Shown: positions 37,531 through 51,503 of the stretch, one piece after another
Layout of the letters: each line of letters begins with the position of its first letter
How positions within the stretch are numbered: position 1 is the stretch's first letter
Assembly: GCA_002633005.1 (NCBI GenBank)
Contig: NMRA01000177.1
Location: 635,942 to 699,941 of the forward strand
Reading direction: 5' to 3'
DNA: 64,000 nucleotides
DNA from: Phoronis australis
Taxonomy: Eukaryota; Animalia; Phoronida
The notes under the pieces: generated by a model
The model's input: the letters and a program-made list of their open reading frames with translations, nothing else
Told to the model about the DNA's origin: nothing
Databases searched by the model: none
Program-made: the position numbers and the translations under genes

Positions 37531-40212
37531 CATACCACTATTTGGAATTATTGTGTAATCAGATTACTTTGATTGGGTGGACTGATGTTTGGTATTGTTG
37601 AGTAGTCAGACGACTTTGATTGGGTGAACCGCCACTCAGTGTTACTCTCTGTCGCAGTGCCATCTTCATGGAAATGTGGCCCTGTGGATGGACAACATAT
37701 GGAATTCCATACATGGGCATCAGTGTGTGGAATGGGAATGAACTGGAAAAATATAGTGAATCTTTTCATTGCTTGACGCCTTGTAATATTGCGTGTGCAA
37801 AAACGCTCTTGATATGAAAAAATGCATGACAACATTTTATTTCACACAGCGTCCTGAATTTCACTCTTGGTTAAATAAAAAGTTTATGAATCAATTCACA
37901 AAAATATACAGTTTTAAAACTCATAGCTTTAATTTTAAGAAAGCCTTTAGCCTTGATCATCGTTGATAAAGTAACACTTGGTACGCTTAGGGCAGTTCTA
38001 CTCAAATGTCAAATGTTCATGTAGTTGCTTGAGACTAAGTTCCACTGCTAAGAAGCGCTTGCTTTCAATTGGGGGACTATAGTGTAAGCATATCATTTCG
38101 TTTATCCAAATAGGATTTCATATTTAGACTATTCATATTTTGAAAAATGCACATTCCGGGAGTTTCCCCATCTGCACCACCGAAAGAGCCCTTACCACCG
38201 TCAGAGTGTATTACTTACAAGGCTTCATCCCAGATTTCAAAAGTTTATCTGGGCCCAAAGGGCAAAATACTGAGAGGACTTTGCAAATATTTTAAAAGGT
38301 CCGTGGGATTTCACTATTGCAGGTTGTCCTCGTGGGGAGTCTTTTTCAATTTTTGTACAGTGCGCCTGCTTTCAACAAATGTATATGTTTCAGGTAGTTT
38401 AAGTTCATGCTTTTCTTCCGGCCTCAGTGTATTGCTATCTATACAAATGTCTATTTCATACGGCCAAGGAACTTGCGAGATAATACCACCAATAGATGCC
38501 GCCAGTGTCGGAAGTATATTAAGTTGTGGCTTTCCCTACTGGGAGTGTGGGTAACTGACCCAGTAAGGTATATCATCTCCATGCAGTTTTCCCCAACTGA
38601 ACTTTTTGAGCCTAACCCCGTAAGTAAGGCACCTTTTTCAGAAGAGAACCCTGTATTGATTTGGAAACCCCTTCGACTGTAGACGTCATTTACACCAGTC
38701 TCTGGCTGGTGCTAAGGGTCCCCATGATGGACACCGCCATCAGTCTTCAAATCTGAGTAAGAACACGCTGACAAGGTGATTGTATGCATACGCTGTCTAA
38801 ATCAAAAGTTAGTTTACTTTAACGTAGATAGGGTTTATATCGGGAAGATAAATTCATATACAATTTATAACTTTAAAGACTCGATTTTACTTGACTGCAT
38901 TCATTGGATTTGTCCCAAAATAAACACTACCTACATAACCAGGATTCTACCCTTCTTGGAAATCGCCTTTTACGACAAGCTTGTATTGTAAACGCAGATG
39001 TTAACGCCCCTAGGTTTATTTAAGCGTTCATGATTACGTTTTGTCAACAAATGAAATGATGTTGAATTTGTTTTTATAGCATTCTATTACTCCTTCTTGT
39101 CAGTCAGTGAGTTTATAAACAGTGATGCAATGTTGCCCTAGGCTGACTTGATGGATGTTATGGTCACGTTGTCGAGAATGTAACATGTACGCTTGGATCA
39201 ATTTCGAATCTTAGGTGAACGTGAAATGATGCGTCAACATTGGCTTATTTCTTTAAAGCAGCTAATAATTTGATGTAGTTTTGAATAACTACCATGATTT
39301 TCCCAAAAAGTGTTTCGCGTGTACATATATACAGCCAAAATCTTAGACGCCATTTCAGAACGTAAACGTGATTTCAGACATGCCAACACAACCAGCTTCC
39401 ATGAAAGTTGTTTAAGCAGCGACAAGAACTTGAAAAAATAAATATACATTAATGAAGAAATATTGAATCTATTCTTGGTTCTTTATTCTGCGCTGTACAA
39501 TTACTTGGTGACTGAGTGGCGTTGAGTTGATAGTCTGAATAGTTTCGCCGCGCTAGATCCGTGCAAAACACCGTAAGCATTGACAAGTTTTCTCGTAAAG
39601 CAGCCACTCCGGTACATAGTGAATTAATTTTTAATGAATTTATTTCATACATTGTTAGTATGCCGTCTGATCAGAATGCTGATCGAGTCTAATACGCCGT
39701 GTGAAAAAAAATTGACATGAACACTTGCCTTCTTGCTGTCCCACACCAAATCAGACAGCACTGCCATCTACTGTGAGAAGTATGGCATTCCAATGATTTG
39801 GATTTTGGTTCTACTCTTTTACCCCATAGTGATCGGAATGTTAGCATTTTGCTCAGTAATGTTTTACGGCATCTTGGGCGCCTCTGTGACCAACGCATTG
39901 TTTTAAACGTCTGATCTGCCTCCTACTGAGACGTTCTAATGTCTAAATATTCCTCGTCTGAACGCAGTTTTACTATCCAGTTCTACACTAAAACAGTGCA
40001 GGTACGTATCGTTTGCTAATGTTCCCGAGATTAACCTTCTTCACAAAACTTTACTTCAAGCGGCCATAAACCCACATTCCGTAGAAGAAACTTTTGATTT
40101 AGATCACTTAATGCTGTCATAGAGTTCTCATCTCGTTCCTCGCTCAAATTTATCGTGATTTTCAATCTAAACGTTGAAAAGAACTGGAAGCTCGTTATTG
40201 GTCGAGAGCATG

Positions 40213-40357
40213 CAGTGGCGGATTTAGAGGGGACCAAGGGGGCCATGTCCCCCCTTAAACTCCCAGATTTCATTTGGTGGTTCGGAGGTGCGAATGTCTG
40301 CCTAGCAAAATCCTGCCTGCCCTGCCCCCCCAACTAAAAATCCTGGATCCGCCCCTG
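40213..40357. mobile_element. MITE with imperfect TIRs CAGTGGCGGAT/ATCCGCCCCTG and a GCATG flanking duplication
   Basis: TIRs and the 5-bp duplication are directly visible. Confidence 0.7.
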
Positions 40358-40439
40358 GCATGCTCGTAGGATTCAACGGAACACCGTGACTAGTCGAATG
40401 GTATCAAGCGCTAACGAAATGTCTGTTGTTTCCAAGCCC

Positions 40440-40670
40440 AGACGACACTGTGCCTTATGGCGGGATAAAAGTCCGCGTCCTTTGCTGAAGGTTCCCGGAT
40501 TCAAGTTCCACTGGTGCACACTGCTACACCCTTGAGTCAGGTCTCTAGCTTCTGAGCTCGGTTTTAACTGCATTTTAATAAAGTACAAAAATGGTTTCAG
40601 GTGATCAGTGCGATGGGCCCACCTGAGCGGCTTGCGCATGTCTGCTACAACGTGTGCCAGATTACCTGTG
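40440..40670 (+). mobile_element. tRNA-derived SINE, diverged copy
   Basis: Same body (CCCTTGAGTC...CTCGGTTTTAAC...GGTGATCAGTGC.ATGGGCCCAC) as the copies at 7640 and 25371. Confidence 0.75.
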
Positions 40671-42010
40671 TATTGAATGTCCAAAAGGCATGCCTATGTT
40701 CACCAAGGGACAATTCGAGACTAATTTCAATACCGTAAGTGAACTAAATAAAAATAATTTTTTTTTGTGACAGAATGCCGGTTTATAGCCGCTTTAAGTT
40801 TGTCAACAGATCTTGTTAGAACGCTACATAAATGCATTTGAATTTTCAGACGTGGATGTGGTGGACTGGAAATCATCACCAATTTAGTGTCGACAAACTA
40901 AAATCTGTACTTCAAAACTTTTTAAAACTTCGTAAGAAATGATTTTCGTCCCTAAACATAACATTCGCGGGATTGGCAAGAAAACAAAAGCATCGAAAAG
41001 CCACTAGTTTAAAAAGCGTCATCCAACACGTCATTTGTACTAATTCGCTTGATCACAAAAATATGAAGGGAAATGTTGGGACCCGCGTCAGTGTTAATCA
41101 GAATTTCATGAACTTATGTGTCGGCCGCATGCCACGAAGTGTCATTAAAAAGCTCCTTTCGACCTGCAGCCAAAAATTGTTGCTACTCGCTCGAATGCTT
41201 GGTTGAGTGATTTGAACTACACTTTTTCGGTACCCGGTAACCGAGTGACTGGTTGTAGTTCACAATGCCCGCCAGCGATAAAAGCGCGACCGAGTACAGC
41301 CAGATGTCGAGACGATTTACCTGAAAAACGAGCGGCAGGTGCGAGATGGAAATTAACAAGGACATTACCCGAAAAGAGCAGTGCATACCAAAACACCAGG
41401 CTGACAAGAGTCGTCTGCGGAATGATTATTAGCGTAGCGTTTTCGACGATTTTAAGGGCGATTGCCTGAGAAAGAATCAACTGAGTCCCCCAACGACAGG
41501 CACGCCTTTTTAAAAGATGTTCTTTACAATTACGAACTCTTGTTATTTGAAATGCGTATACAGCCAATAAAATGTTTAGGGTCTAAGTGAAACTACCATC
41601 TTGATCGGTGTACCTTCAGTTCGGCCTTACTCAGAGGCTAACGTGACAACTACACGCCGAACAACCAGCTAAAATCAAGTTTTTTATTTCGGTGACTTCA
41701 TTACTGATTTTCAAACGTAGAATCTAGAACGATTATTATCGCTGCAGGATTTTTACCTCTGCTAAGGTTTAAATGTTCTAATAATTTAACGATTAAAACG
41801 AAATACAGGCCAGTAGGACTATCAACCTGCCGTAGCCATCTTATATGTCTTTGGTTGATTTTTACAACCAATGAATTTAAAAAGCATTCGCCGGAATTCC
41901 GACTCAAATCACAAAATCACTCGTTATATTTAATCTGGATACTGGACCCTGTTGATGCGAATTCCATGCATGACTAACACACAAACCTACCTTTTTAGTG
42001 TAGAGCTAGT

Positions 42011-42268
42011 CGGGGCTTGGAATTTTACTCTTTTAATATGATTTCCTTTTTATTCGGTTTCGATTTCTTCATATTTTATTTCCAGGTTCCTCTTTTTCGT
42101 ATCTTTTTATCATTATTTTGATTTCATTTGTGCAAAAAACCGTTTCTTGCAATTAAATTTTACAACACAAAATATTTCTATCACATTAACCTATTTATTT
42201 GTAGAACGCTACCGCGGGTACGTCACTTGGAAAAATTTCCTTTTTTATCATTGGTTATTCCAAGCACT
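42011..42268. mobile_element. MITE, diverged inverted relative of the 55223 element
   Basis: Ends GGGGCTTGGAATTTT ... TTATTCCAAGC; the interior resembles the reverse complement of 55223-55473. Confidence 0.6.
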
Positions 42269-43559
42269 AGAGAACTTCTGTCAGTAAGATTTACAATTAC
42301 ACTACAAATCTGGAAACACGTTTTGTATTTCAAGAAGGAAATTAAGTAACACCAGAGGCGTATTCGTGGGGGGGATGTGGTTGCGGGTGTGGGAGGAACT
42401 TGTTCGTTCACTTCTTTTGCAGCCAGGAAATGCGTCGGTGAGTTTTATTTTCTACCAAATTTTGGTCTAAATGTAAGTAAGTTTCATTTCATTTCTCATT
42501 TCTACCTAAATAGCGTCTTTGGCTTACTTAATGATCAGCGTCCCACCTCTGCATTTTTAGGGCTGTGCCACTGTATAACCCTATATGATGGCTGTTTCCG
42601 GTATCACTTTCTGTTAAGGTCCAAATCTGCGAAAATCGTGTAGTCAAAGGTCCTTCAATTTGTATAGTAGGAAGCATCCTTTTCCCTAACCTCAGTCATA
42701 AAACATAAATTTCAGAACATAAATTTTGAGGTGTTCGCGGAAAAGTTGATGCACTTTGTTGGATTCGCCGGCTCTACCGGCTAAGACATCTGATTGGTTC
42801 TCGACTTCCACTTCCAGGTTACATGCCAATGAGATATGTCTTAGCTTTGTAGAGTTCACTAACGCTAGGACCACGCTAAAAGCAAGACTTCGCGAGATTA
42901 CATGAGATATTTTGAATGAGAACAAGAGATTTTGGTTAGATTTTAGCAAGGTCGTAGCGTAGGTCCTAGCGCTACAGTCTACCCTGGGTGACCTAGCGGA
43001 AACATCGAAGTCATCCAAGTGCAGTCATTGAGTTCAGTATTGAGTGTGCAGTTACGTACATGTATCACGTGGTCCGAAAACCAGAAATCACTTCTCAGTG
43101 GGTTGAGAGCAGATTTACCGCACTAATCTTGACTTTCAATTAAGACGCTTTAACAAAAATTAACAGGCAGCTTATTTTGACTTCGCCAAGAGTATAAACG
43201 AGATATTTAAGTTCAATTGCTAGAAATCTTAAAAATGTGGGAAAGCAGCGTTTCGCCAAGTTCAGCTGTCAATTTAAACATATTCCGAAGATCCAAAACC
43301 AACAGCTGATCTGTGACTTGCGGCTTATGCGAAATGGCCGTACAGATCCGTTTTTAAATGGACTTTGCTGAGCGCCATTTTCGAATTTCAGTTTTTATCC
43401 GACCACAATAAATTCTACGAATCTCCAACGTGTTTCTTGACCTGCGGATGGTTTGTGTGAACTTTTTGGAAGCGGAACGCTAGTCCTATCATAGTGAAGA
43501 AAATTCTGAGATCAATTATACACTGGATGGACGTACATGTGTGGGTAAAAACTACACAT

Positions 43560-44537
43560 CTGTCATATGGGGTGGGAATTCCTCTGTGACATGGGGTGGG
43601 AATTCCTGTGTCACATGGGGTGGGAATTCCTCTGTCACATGGGGTGGGAATTCCCCAGTGTTAGGCGGAAAATTGAGCTTTTGAGAGTGTGGAATCGTAT
43701 TATTAATTTCGAGGATGATAGACTAACATACCGAATATTTTGGTGGGACTACACTACTTGTACTAATAATTGGTCTTCTGAAGTCTTGAGGAGCATTTTT
43801 GAAGAATTAGGGATTTCGGATTGTTTTCATAACTTACGTTCAGTTAATCTGTCTCACTGTAAGAATATTTTGCATGATTTAGCATGTAATAGGTGGTTGT
43901 TTGAAAGCCGTTCGAAACCAAAGTTAAGAACCTATGTTTTGATGAAGAATGTCTTTGAAGTTGAGCCTTACGTGCATTTAGACTTAACTCGGCCTAGTAG
44001 GTCAATTCTTGCTCAAATTAGAACCGGAACCCTACAGCTATTGGTTGAGGTTGGGCGTTTTCGTTCTCTAGATTTTGATGGCAGAATTTGCTGTCTTTGT
44101 CACACTGGTTAGGTCGAAACTGAACTACATTTTCTGTTTGAGTGTTCGTTTTTCTTAGATGCCAGAAACACCTTTTACTGTCAAGTTGAGATTAAATATC
44201 CACGATTACGTGCAGAAAGCTATGAAAGTAAATTAATTACAATCATGCAAAAAGATGTTATAAGAGAAACTTCAGTTTTCATCAAAAATATTTTTGAAGT
44301 AAGGAAAAATTATATTTATTTATGATCACTTTTATCTAGGCCTTCTCTTTCTGGTCCTCTTGCAATGCGTGTACACTTGTCTTTTCTTTTTTGTATCATG
44401 TATCTAAAGTGACTTATAAGCCCCGTGGAGGGCTGGGTGTTCCTAGTCTTAGTAACGTATTCATTGTTTAAATTCATTTGAACACATGTCACTGTAATAA
44501 AAAAGTTACTTACTTACTTACCTACTTACTTACTTAC
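43560..44537 (+). mobile_element. 5'-truncated LINE: ORF2 C-terminus with Cys/His motif, 3'UTR, AATAAA and (TTAC)n tail
   Basis: KPKLRTY...RSILAQIRTG..LLVEVGRF...RICCLC...(stop)VETELHFLFEC. AATAAA at ~44497 is followed by TTAC repeats. Confidence 0.85.
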
Positions 44538-47500
44538 ACACCCGCCGTGTCCCACTGTGTATGTCTCCAGCTTTTGCTCTGTGGTGGTATTACTGCGTCA
44601 TTTTATTTACACCTGAGAATGAAACAAATATGTTTCGAAATATCGTGTGTCTTTTCATCATGTCTCTTGGTCAGTTGCGTCACCAATGTTCTGTTGAGTG
44701 TCGAACTTTGTCCCGAGGATACGAACGGAACGGAATAAAGACTGTTATTAACCACAAGTGGGGGGGGGGAGAAAGGGTCCGCCTCAGTGGAACAAAAAGT
44801 CCGGGTAAACGAGACAAAAGAACACAAAATCCAGGGGAAGTCGGCGGACAATTCGTGGGCCTGAACCCAGTGGCTCCGTTTTTTTTTTAGTTCCCGATGA
44901 TTTGTTCTAGTAAAAGGTCCCCATATCGAAAAATTCGAGCCCCCCTATATATTTTAGGCTGGGTGCGCGCATGCGCAAAATCCATAAAGTCACAATAATT
45001 GTGTAATGTAGTAGTCCAACAATGAGTAGAACTATAGAATTGAAGTTCCGGCTTGATACTCTAAGCAATCAAATTACTGGGTCCATAGGGATGCAAGCTC
45101 TGCGCCACCTTCGCGGTTCCAGTCGTCGCAGTTTTTTACCACGCAGCGGTACTATTTTCTTACAAGCCCAGTCGCCACGTTTTGGGGATCACCTGGCCCT
45201 AGCAGACGTTAAATTTACGAAGACGTCCTCTGTAGTATTTGTACGCAATACAATACATGGGATATAGTTAGCATAACACGGTCCGTCTATAGTAAAAATA
45301 TGGAAGGATTTGTTTTCTACTGCTTCTAACACCTCCTGTTATGTTGTAAAACATATAACAGTCGGAAGTGGTAGAATTGGCGACGCGCCGGTCATGCGCA
45401 AGAATTTCAAGACAAATTCTTGCTAACCCAAACAGATTCTTGCTAATGGTTTGCTACTGCGCAGAATAAACACGCTTGTGAACAGGTGAGTTGTCGTGGT
45501 ACGTGAAATATTTGCGATGAAGTTTAAACCATCTTTAAAATGCCATTTGCCGTCGTTTTACCAGGCGCATCACTGCCTGAAATAATGGTGATGGTTTTTT
45601 CAAGGGATGTTTTTATTTTTACCTCGATCGGGTATGTCGAGTTCTTTCGACATAGGGCATATTCATGTCATTTGTTGATTTATGATGCTTTTGTTATTGT
45701 TCTCGCTTATCTGCCATTTGTCTAATGGAGTTGCATTGTGAAACTTCGACGTCATATTAAACGCCAGACGATTATGTCTACGTGCACCATGACTCCTTTC
45801 CGAAGGACAAGTTTCTGGCGAAAAACATGCGATCACACAAATCTTTGCGAGATATCGCCATACGTTACAAGTGAAGCACGTGATAAGTGCAGTTTAATCG
45901 CGAATGTCTTGCGCCTGTGCACCGCGCCCCCGATTAGCTGCGGATGTGTTGGAATACGTGCGCACTCGTTATGTGAAACGTCACACTGTGTACGCAATCG
46001 TTGATTTTACAGAGTTGTTTAAATACACACCTGCGCAAAATTAAAAAAAACAGTGAAACCAAATAGGAACATGGCCTTACAATAAGGACAGTACGGAAAT
46101 TTTGTGAAGACCCCCGGGTCGTAGGTATCATATACGCAAATACGCACGCGCGCAGTGGACAAAAACCCCGAAAAACTAAAGCGTTAATTTGTAATCGTAA
46201 GTTGTCTTTACTGTGAATACTTAATAAGTCTTCAACTATTTTTATTCAAAATGTCGCATGAACAGTACATGGTAATAGCCTACGGAAGGTAGTTCCTTGA
46301 ACACGACCAGTAAAATGCCATGCCTACGTATACTTTTTATTTTTAACACATTTGGAGTTAGGTACACAACCGATGCTACTTGTTTACGTTATTTCATAGC
46401 CAAGGGGTGAACCACGATAACCACATTTTAACTGTCAAAACTGTTGTCTACACTTAATTTCGAGACATAGTTTAGGCGTCCTAGACAAAAGCGGATAAGT
46501 GTAGCTACGCCCCTCCAGCCATTCTGACTTTAGAATGAAACTCAAACCAAACAACACATTTTGGATGAAGCAGAAAAACATAGCTAATACCGTATGCGCT
46601 GAAGACGTATTGGAAAATAATCAAGACAAGCTTGAGGATATAACTTTGAGTGAACTGCCGTGTATCGGAGCTGTCTTAAATAGATTAGGGAATGCCGTTG
46701 ATAATTTCAGTGGTGAACGCTTCAATAAAAGGCACGCTGTAAATCAGAGACGCCACGGATGTTTCTTAGACCCAAAACAAGAAATCTGGGAACTTAATTA
46801 AGGTGCTCCTCCACGGTTCGTTTTCGAGCTATAAGTTTCGAAGCACTCACTGCCCGCTCAGATGGCCGCAGTTTTCAAGCTTCTCCCGGTCGCCCCAATT
46901 TTTGCTCAAAGTTTACGCTTAGTGTGCCTGTGGCTACCAGACGGGTTCCTGATTTGCTCGCCTTTGACGTAGCAGGCTGATGTAGTTTTGCGAAAATGCC
47001 GACATGCCTGCACACGGATGGTACACACACTGCATTCATTATAGAAAAAGCATTTTAGAGATGTGCCGCACAGATTTATTTAATAAAAACTTTGTCGGCG
47101 AAACATTTGTCGCAATTACGTGCACGGGTTTGTCGACTTGTTTAGCAACACGTTACGTAACGGTCAGTTAGTGGGCTGATATGAAGTTGAATTCGTCCGT
47201 AATTAAATTGAGCTATACAGAGAACGTGTAGAAATACCGCGAATTTCTGGAATAATATCCACATGCTCGAATTAACCGGCAATCAGTTGTTCGAGCTACA
47301 TGGTACGACGACTTGTCCGATTTTTATAGTACCACAAAAAACACCTGGTAACAACTTAAGGAAATTCCTAACAAAATGCGTTACATATCTTGTTTTATAT
47401 CTGTGACATGTTTTACATTGTTTTCTTCCGGAATACATACCCAATATTGCAATATTACACAAGGCTGTGTCTGTTTTCAGAAACCTGAGGTCTCATGAAT

Positions 47501-47782
47501 GACTTCCAAAAGACTTCAGGAATCTTTTTTAAAATATTCCACTTCTATGGATTTTCGTGAAAAAATCAAAAGTTGCCCAAAAAGAAAATGGAAGTACAAT
47601 TCAGAAAACTGTTAGCGTTTTTGAGATTTTATCTTGAACAAGTGAAATTTGGTCGTGTTATTGATACCGTTGTTTTGTTATGAATGCACGTTTTTGGCTA
47701 AATTTTCGTAAAGAAGTTCCTGTTGATAGGAAGTAAAATGAAAATTATGCAAATTTTATACTTTCAGAAACTAGATATTTCA

Positions 47783-47826
47783 TGTATGTATGTATGTATG
47801 TATGTATGTGTGTATGTATGTATGTA
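47783..47826. repeat. (TATG)n microsatellite
   Basis: Directly visible. Confidence 0.9.
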
Positions 47827-47872
47827 AAATTGGTCCTGTAGTCTACACGACACTTGTCGTTATTAACAATCT

Positions 47873-48011
47873 CTATTCCATTCCGTGCGACACTCAACAG
47901 AACATTGGTAAAGCAACTGTGTCTTCTAATCCTGTCTCTTGGTCAATTACTTTACCAACGTTCTGTTGAGTGTCGCACTTTGTTCCGAGGATACGAACGG
48001 AACGGAATAAA
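47873..48011. repeat. Palindromic MITE-like repeat; partial copy at ~44645-44740
   Basis: GTGCGACACTCAACAGAACATTGGTAAAG pairs with CTTTACCAACGTTCTGTTGAGTGTCGCAC; outer arms TATTCCATTCCGT / ACGGAACGGAATA. Confidence 0.75.
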
Positions 48012-50282
48012 AGTGCCGTGTATTAAACCAATTTTGCATGTGTATGTATGTAAGCACGTACGTATGTATGTCTGCATGTAGTTCGATCAAACCATGATGT
48101 GTAAGAAAATGCATTGGATAGGTGGAAACGTTTTCTTTTGTTTAGAAGACGTGAGTTTTCTTTACAAAAACTTTTACTAATAATGTTGCTGTATTGTGAT
48201 CAACATTAAAAAATGTCATGACTTAAACTGCCCTGTTGGTGAACTACAGAATAGTGGTAGATAAAAACAACAAAAGAAAGTCGAGTATTTTATTTTCAAA
48301 ATCAAAATGCCTGTTAGCTTCCTGCTATTAGTAATAAACGTAGCACGTCACAATTATTGAATTAATACATTTACACCAAGTTAGAAGCAGAGCATATAAT
48401 TTTCTCATTATTGCCCGTTCCTCAGCGCGTAACTTCCGCTGCTCGTCAGTCCATCCTCTTTCAGATAATTAAACTGAAGTTTACTAAATCAAATGGTTTT
48501 ACGATAAAAATTGCGAAGCGTGAGTAAACTCATCCGGCCAGTTTTGGGAGCCCCCGGCAAAATGCATTAACGCTCAACTTAACTTTGTGAAACAGTGCAG
48601 CCAGCTCAAGTCACTCGACAACGCATACGACCCCATGTTGCATACAACGTGGAACATCGAAAGATTTCCCAGGGGACAGAATAACGTGGACTGCGCGCCT
48701 CATTTTAGGCGGTTGCACATGCGCGACTGAAGAATCAAGTATATCTTACAGGCATTACAAGTCAAAATGTCTTAAGGTTTACACAATGTTAGCTTTGGCG
48801 TTATTGACCCATATTTAGACTTAAAAAACGCGACATCCGCGGTGAACTAAGAACACAAGCAGATTGGGACTATTTGCAACAAATCATGTTAAGTCATGAA
48901 ATTATTCTTGTAAGTTGCAACACTAGTGCAGATGAAACGAGTCGCTCGAGTAGCTAATGCAACGGGAATTAATGAACTGAGAGTACTAAAGCAAAACTTG
49001 AGGAAACCTGTGACAGAAAAAGAAATGTACACAAGCAAGGTCGGACAAACTTCAGTGTTAACATGCTTAGCTCCTGACTGAAACCAAGAAAAATTGCCTG
49101 AGGGGTGTTTTGGTTTCGTTATTCAATAAAGTCATATTCCAAAAGAAAATACTCACGTTATAAACTTTACAAGTTAGGGTTAATTAACAATAACACCCTG
49201 TCGCAATAATAATAGCACTTAAGTTACAAACTGCACAAAAACATTTCGACAGAATTCTGCGCGTTTACAACTACACCAGGCAGCCGTGAAACTTCGTACA
49301 AGTATTAAACCGCCATCGAACCTTGAGTAAGATGCCGCCAGGGCATTATCACATTTTAAGGTCTGAAAACAACATTAGGTACCGGTCACAATTATCGCCA
49401 GTTTCACGAGTGTACTCTGAAAACATAGGTCTATCCCGACCACGTCTACCTGGAAATACAGGGGCGTGCGTTGTTCGAGGTGAAAGTAACGGTGGTGAAA
49501 ACATAAGTTCTCTGTCTCGCACTTTCATTTGTATGTTGATGCTAGTTGCAACGTCAGCCTTTTACGAAATTACCTGGGTGTTCCCGTCAAAGCACCACGT
49601 CGTTATTAATTGAATTCCGCCTTTTCGCCTTGTCATTGCATTGGTCAAAAGCGTACACATCTCTACCCCTCCGTTCCCGAACTGCACGTATTGTACAATC
49701 GTGAAAATAATTGCAATTGTGGACGGTCACTAACGATGCCGGGGAAAGCCAACACGTACCTAATAGATACAGATTCTGAAGGTTTAAATCCACCACCAGC
49801 AAGTCATTAAATCTAAGTGGCGACCGTTTTTAAAGACGACGCTTTTCGATCGTCCAGAGCTACTGAGCTCAATGATTGGAGACTGGTGTAGGAAAACCGC
49901 CGCGGGTTACAGGTGAAGCTATGGTAAAAGTCAATTAATACAGTCTCTTGTCACAAAACGTACTTCCTTGACATATAACGATAAAAAAATTTAAAATCAA
50001 TAAATTAATTGCCGACTTTTACTCCCGCTGTTTCAAGACTCCCAATAAAATGACACAATTAAAGGTGAGACTTTCCAAGCCGATCACGTGACTTTATGAA
50101 CCTTTAATCAGTTACTCAGGCGCAAAATTCGATTCACGACAAGGAGCGCTTTTCCGAAACTTTGCGAAAGCGTTCAGTAAAAGCGCTCCCAGTTGAGAAT
50201 GAAGGTAATCTTTAACGCCGCTTTTTACGAGCTGCAAGCTACTGTCTCTTAAACAGGTCGGTCCAGTAAAACGAACTCTATA

Positions 50283-51056
50283 TCAGTAAAATACTATGAA
50301 TAAGAAGTTGACTAACCCAAACACAAATTTCGAATTAAATAACCTCGTCGCCGACGAAGTCCACTGTAACCCAATTTCTCCATTAGGCTTTTTGGTTGTT
50401 GTTGTAGAAGGCGACTGTAGATCGACTTCTACTTCACCCATGCATGTTTTAGTCCTATATTTTATGAATTCACACGTGGAAAAACTTGTGCCATCGTCCG
50501 TCTCGTCCGCGCAAAGACAAGTCTTTAATTTTTTGGCTTTTTCCTGTTGATATAAAACGACCAAACTGTGGTTGCATTCATTCGTGCAGCCCTTGACAGA
50601 GCCCAGGTCTTCGCAGCTGTTCTCCGAATAGCGTAGAGCCGTCAGGCACGACGTTTCGGATTCGCACAACATTCTCGCTTGAGAACAACGAATTGTTTTA
50701 TTACTGTTAATAGCAGCAATCGTCTCACTGACACTATCGGCACATTTTTTAACCGACCTTTTCCGTTCCCAGCAGTCTTCATCGTTTTCGCAGTCACAGT
50801 TCACGAAGTCGTCCCCTTCCGGTATTAACATGATCGGCGTCAGCGCCTCCAGGCACATGCGCGAGCACGTGCCATTCTCATCACTGTTGGGCATGGTCTC
50901 GCAAAATAGGAAGTAGTTGGTCAGAGCCAAACTGCAGCCCCTGGAGGTATGGGTGCACGAATGTCTTGCATCGGTGCAAGATTTTGCGTGCACAAAGTCG
51001 ATAACACATTGAAGGACTCCGAACCCTAAAAGGAGATACACGTTTTTATAATCCAT
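50283..51056 (-). CDS. GAS1: Growth arrest-specific 1-like protein (two GDNF-receptor/GAS1 cysteine-rich domains, predicted GPI anchor), 257 aa
   Basis: Signal peptide, two Cys-rich repeats (C..AR..C.....C..AL..Y...C...C...C...L...C.C), Ser/Thr stalk and hydrophobic C-terminus, all in one coding exon. Confidence 0.85.
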   Translation of the reverse strand: MDYKNVYLLLGFGVLQCVIDFVHAKSCTDARHSCTHTSRGCSLALTNYFLFCETMPNSDENGTCSRMCLEALTPIMLIPEGDDFVNCDCENDEDCWERKRSVKKCADSVSETIAAINSNKTIRCSQARMLCESETSCLTALRYSENSCEDLGSVKGCTNECNHSLVVLYQQEKAKKLKTCLCADETDDGTSFSTCEFIKYRTKTCMGEVEVDLQSPSTTTTKKPNGEIGLQWTSSATRLFNSKFVFGLVNFLFIVFY

Positions 51057-51493
51057 TCTTGAGATGCAAATCCACGTTATGCTTCGTTTCTAGAAGTAGC
51101 TCGCATGTTTTGTAACCAGTTTTTGTAGAAACAACAAACTGCAAATCTTCATAGGCAGTCAGCCGGAAGCTGTTGGAATCTGTAAATAAAAATGGTAAAG
51201 TCAACTGTTTGCTGAAAAACTAAACTGTCTTCTCCGGAATCTAAACACGTCGTTACTGCACGTGCTTATTCTCCTTCCAAGAAGAGTACATTTACACCCG
51301 TTTCTGAAAATAATGTACTTTACCCGGTTCCGTGCCTAAGCATAATCACAGCTTACTTTAAAAAAGATGTTATTTCTTGACTGAAATTTCGATACTATTT
51401 CAGCACCAATACGAAGCAAAAATATTTTCAAAACACACCAAGTCTTTCACGAACGAAGCAACAAAGTTCTACGACGCGTACCTATAAGTGACG

Positions 51494-51503
51494 CTTTTTA
51501 TAT
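51494..51503 (-). promoter_or_regulatory. Candidate TATA box for the GAS1-like gene
   Basis: TATAAAAAG on the minus strand about 440 bp upstream of the ATG. A candidate 5'UTR acceptor TTTACAG lies at 51186-51180. Confidence 0.4.

Noticed and set aside
38147-38760. 135-aa ORF or possible minus-strand exon
   Set aside because: No recognisable motifs and no consistent spliced model.
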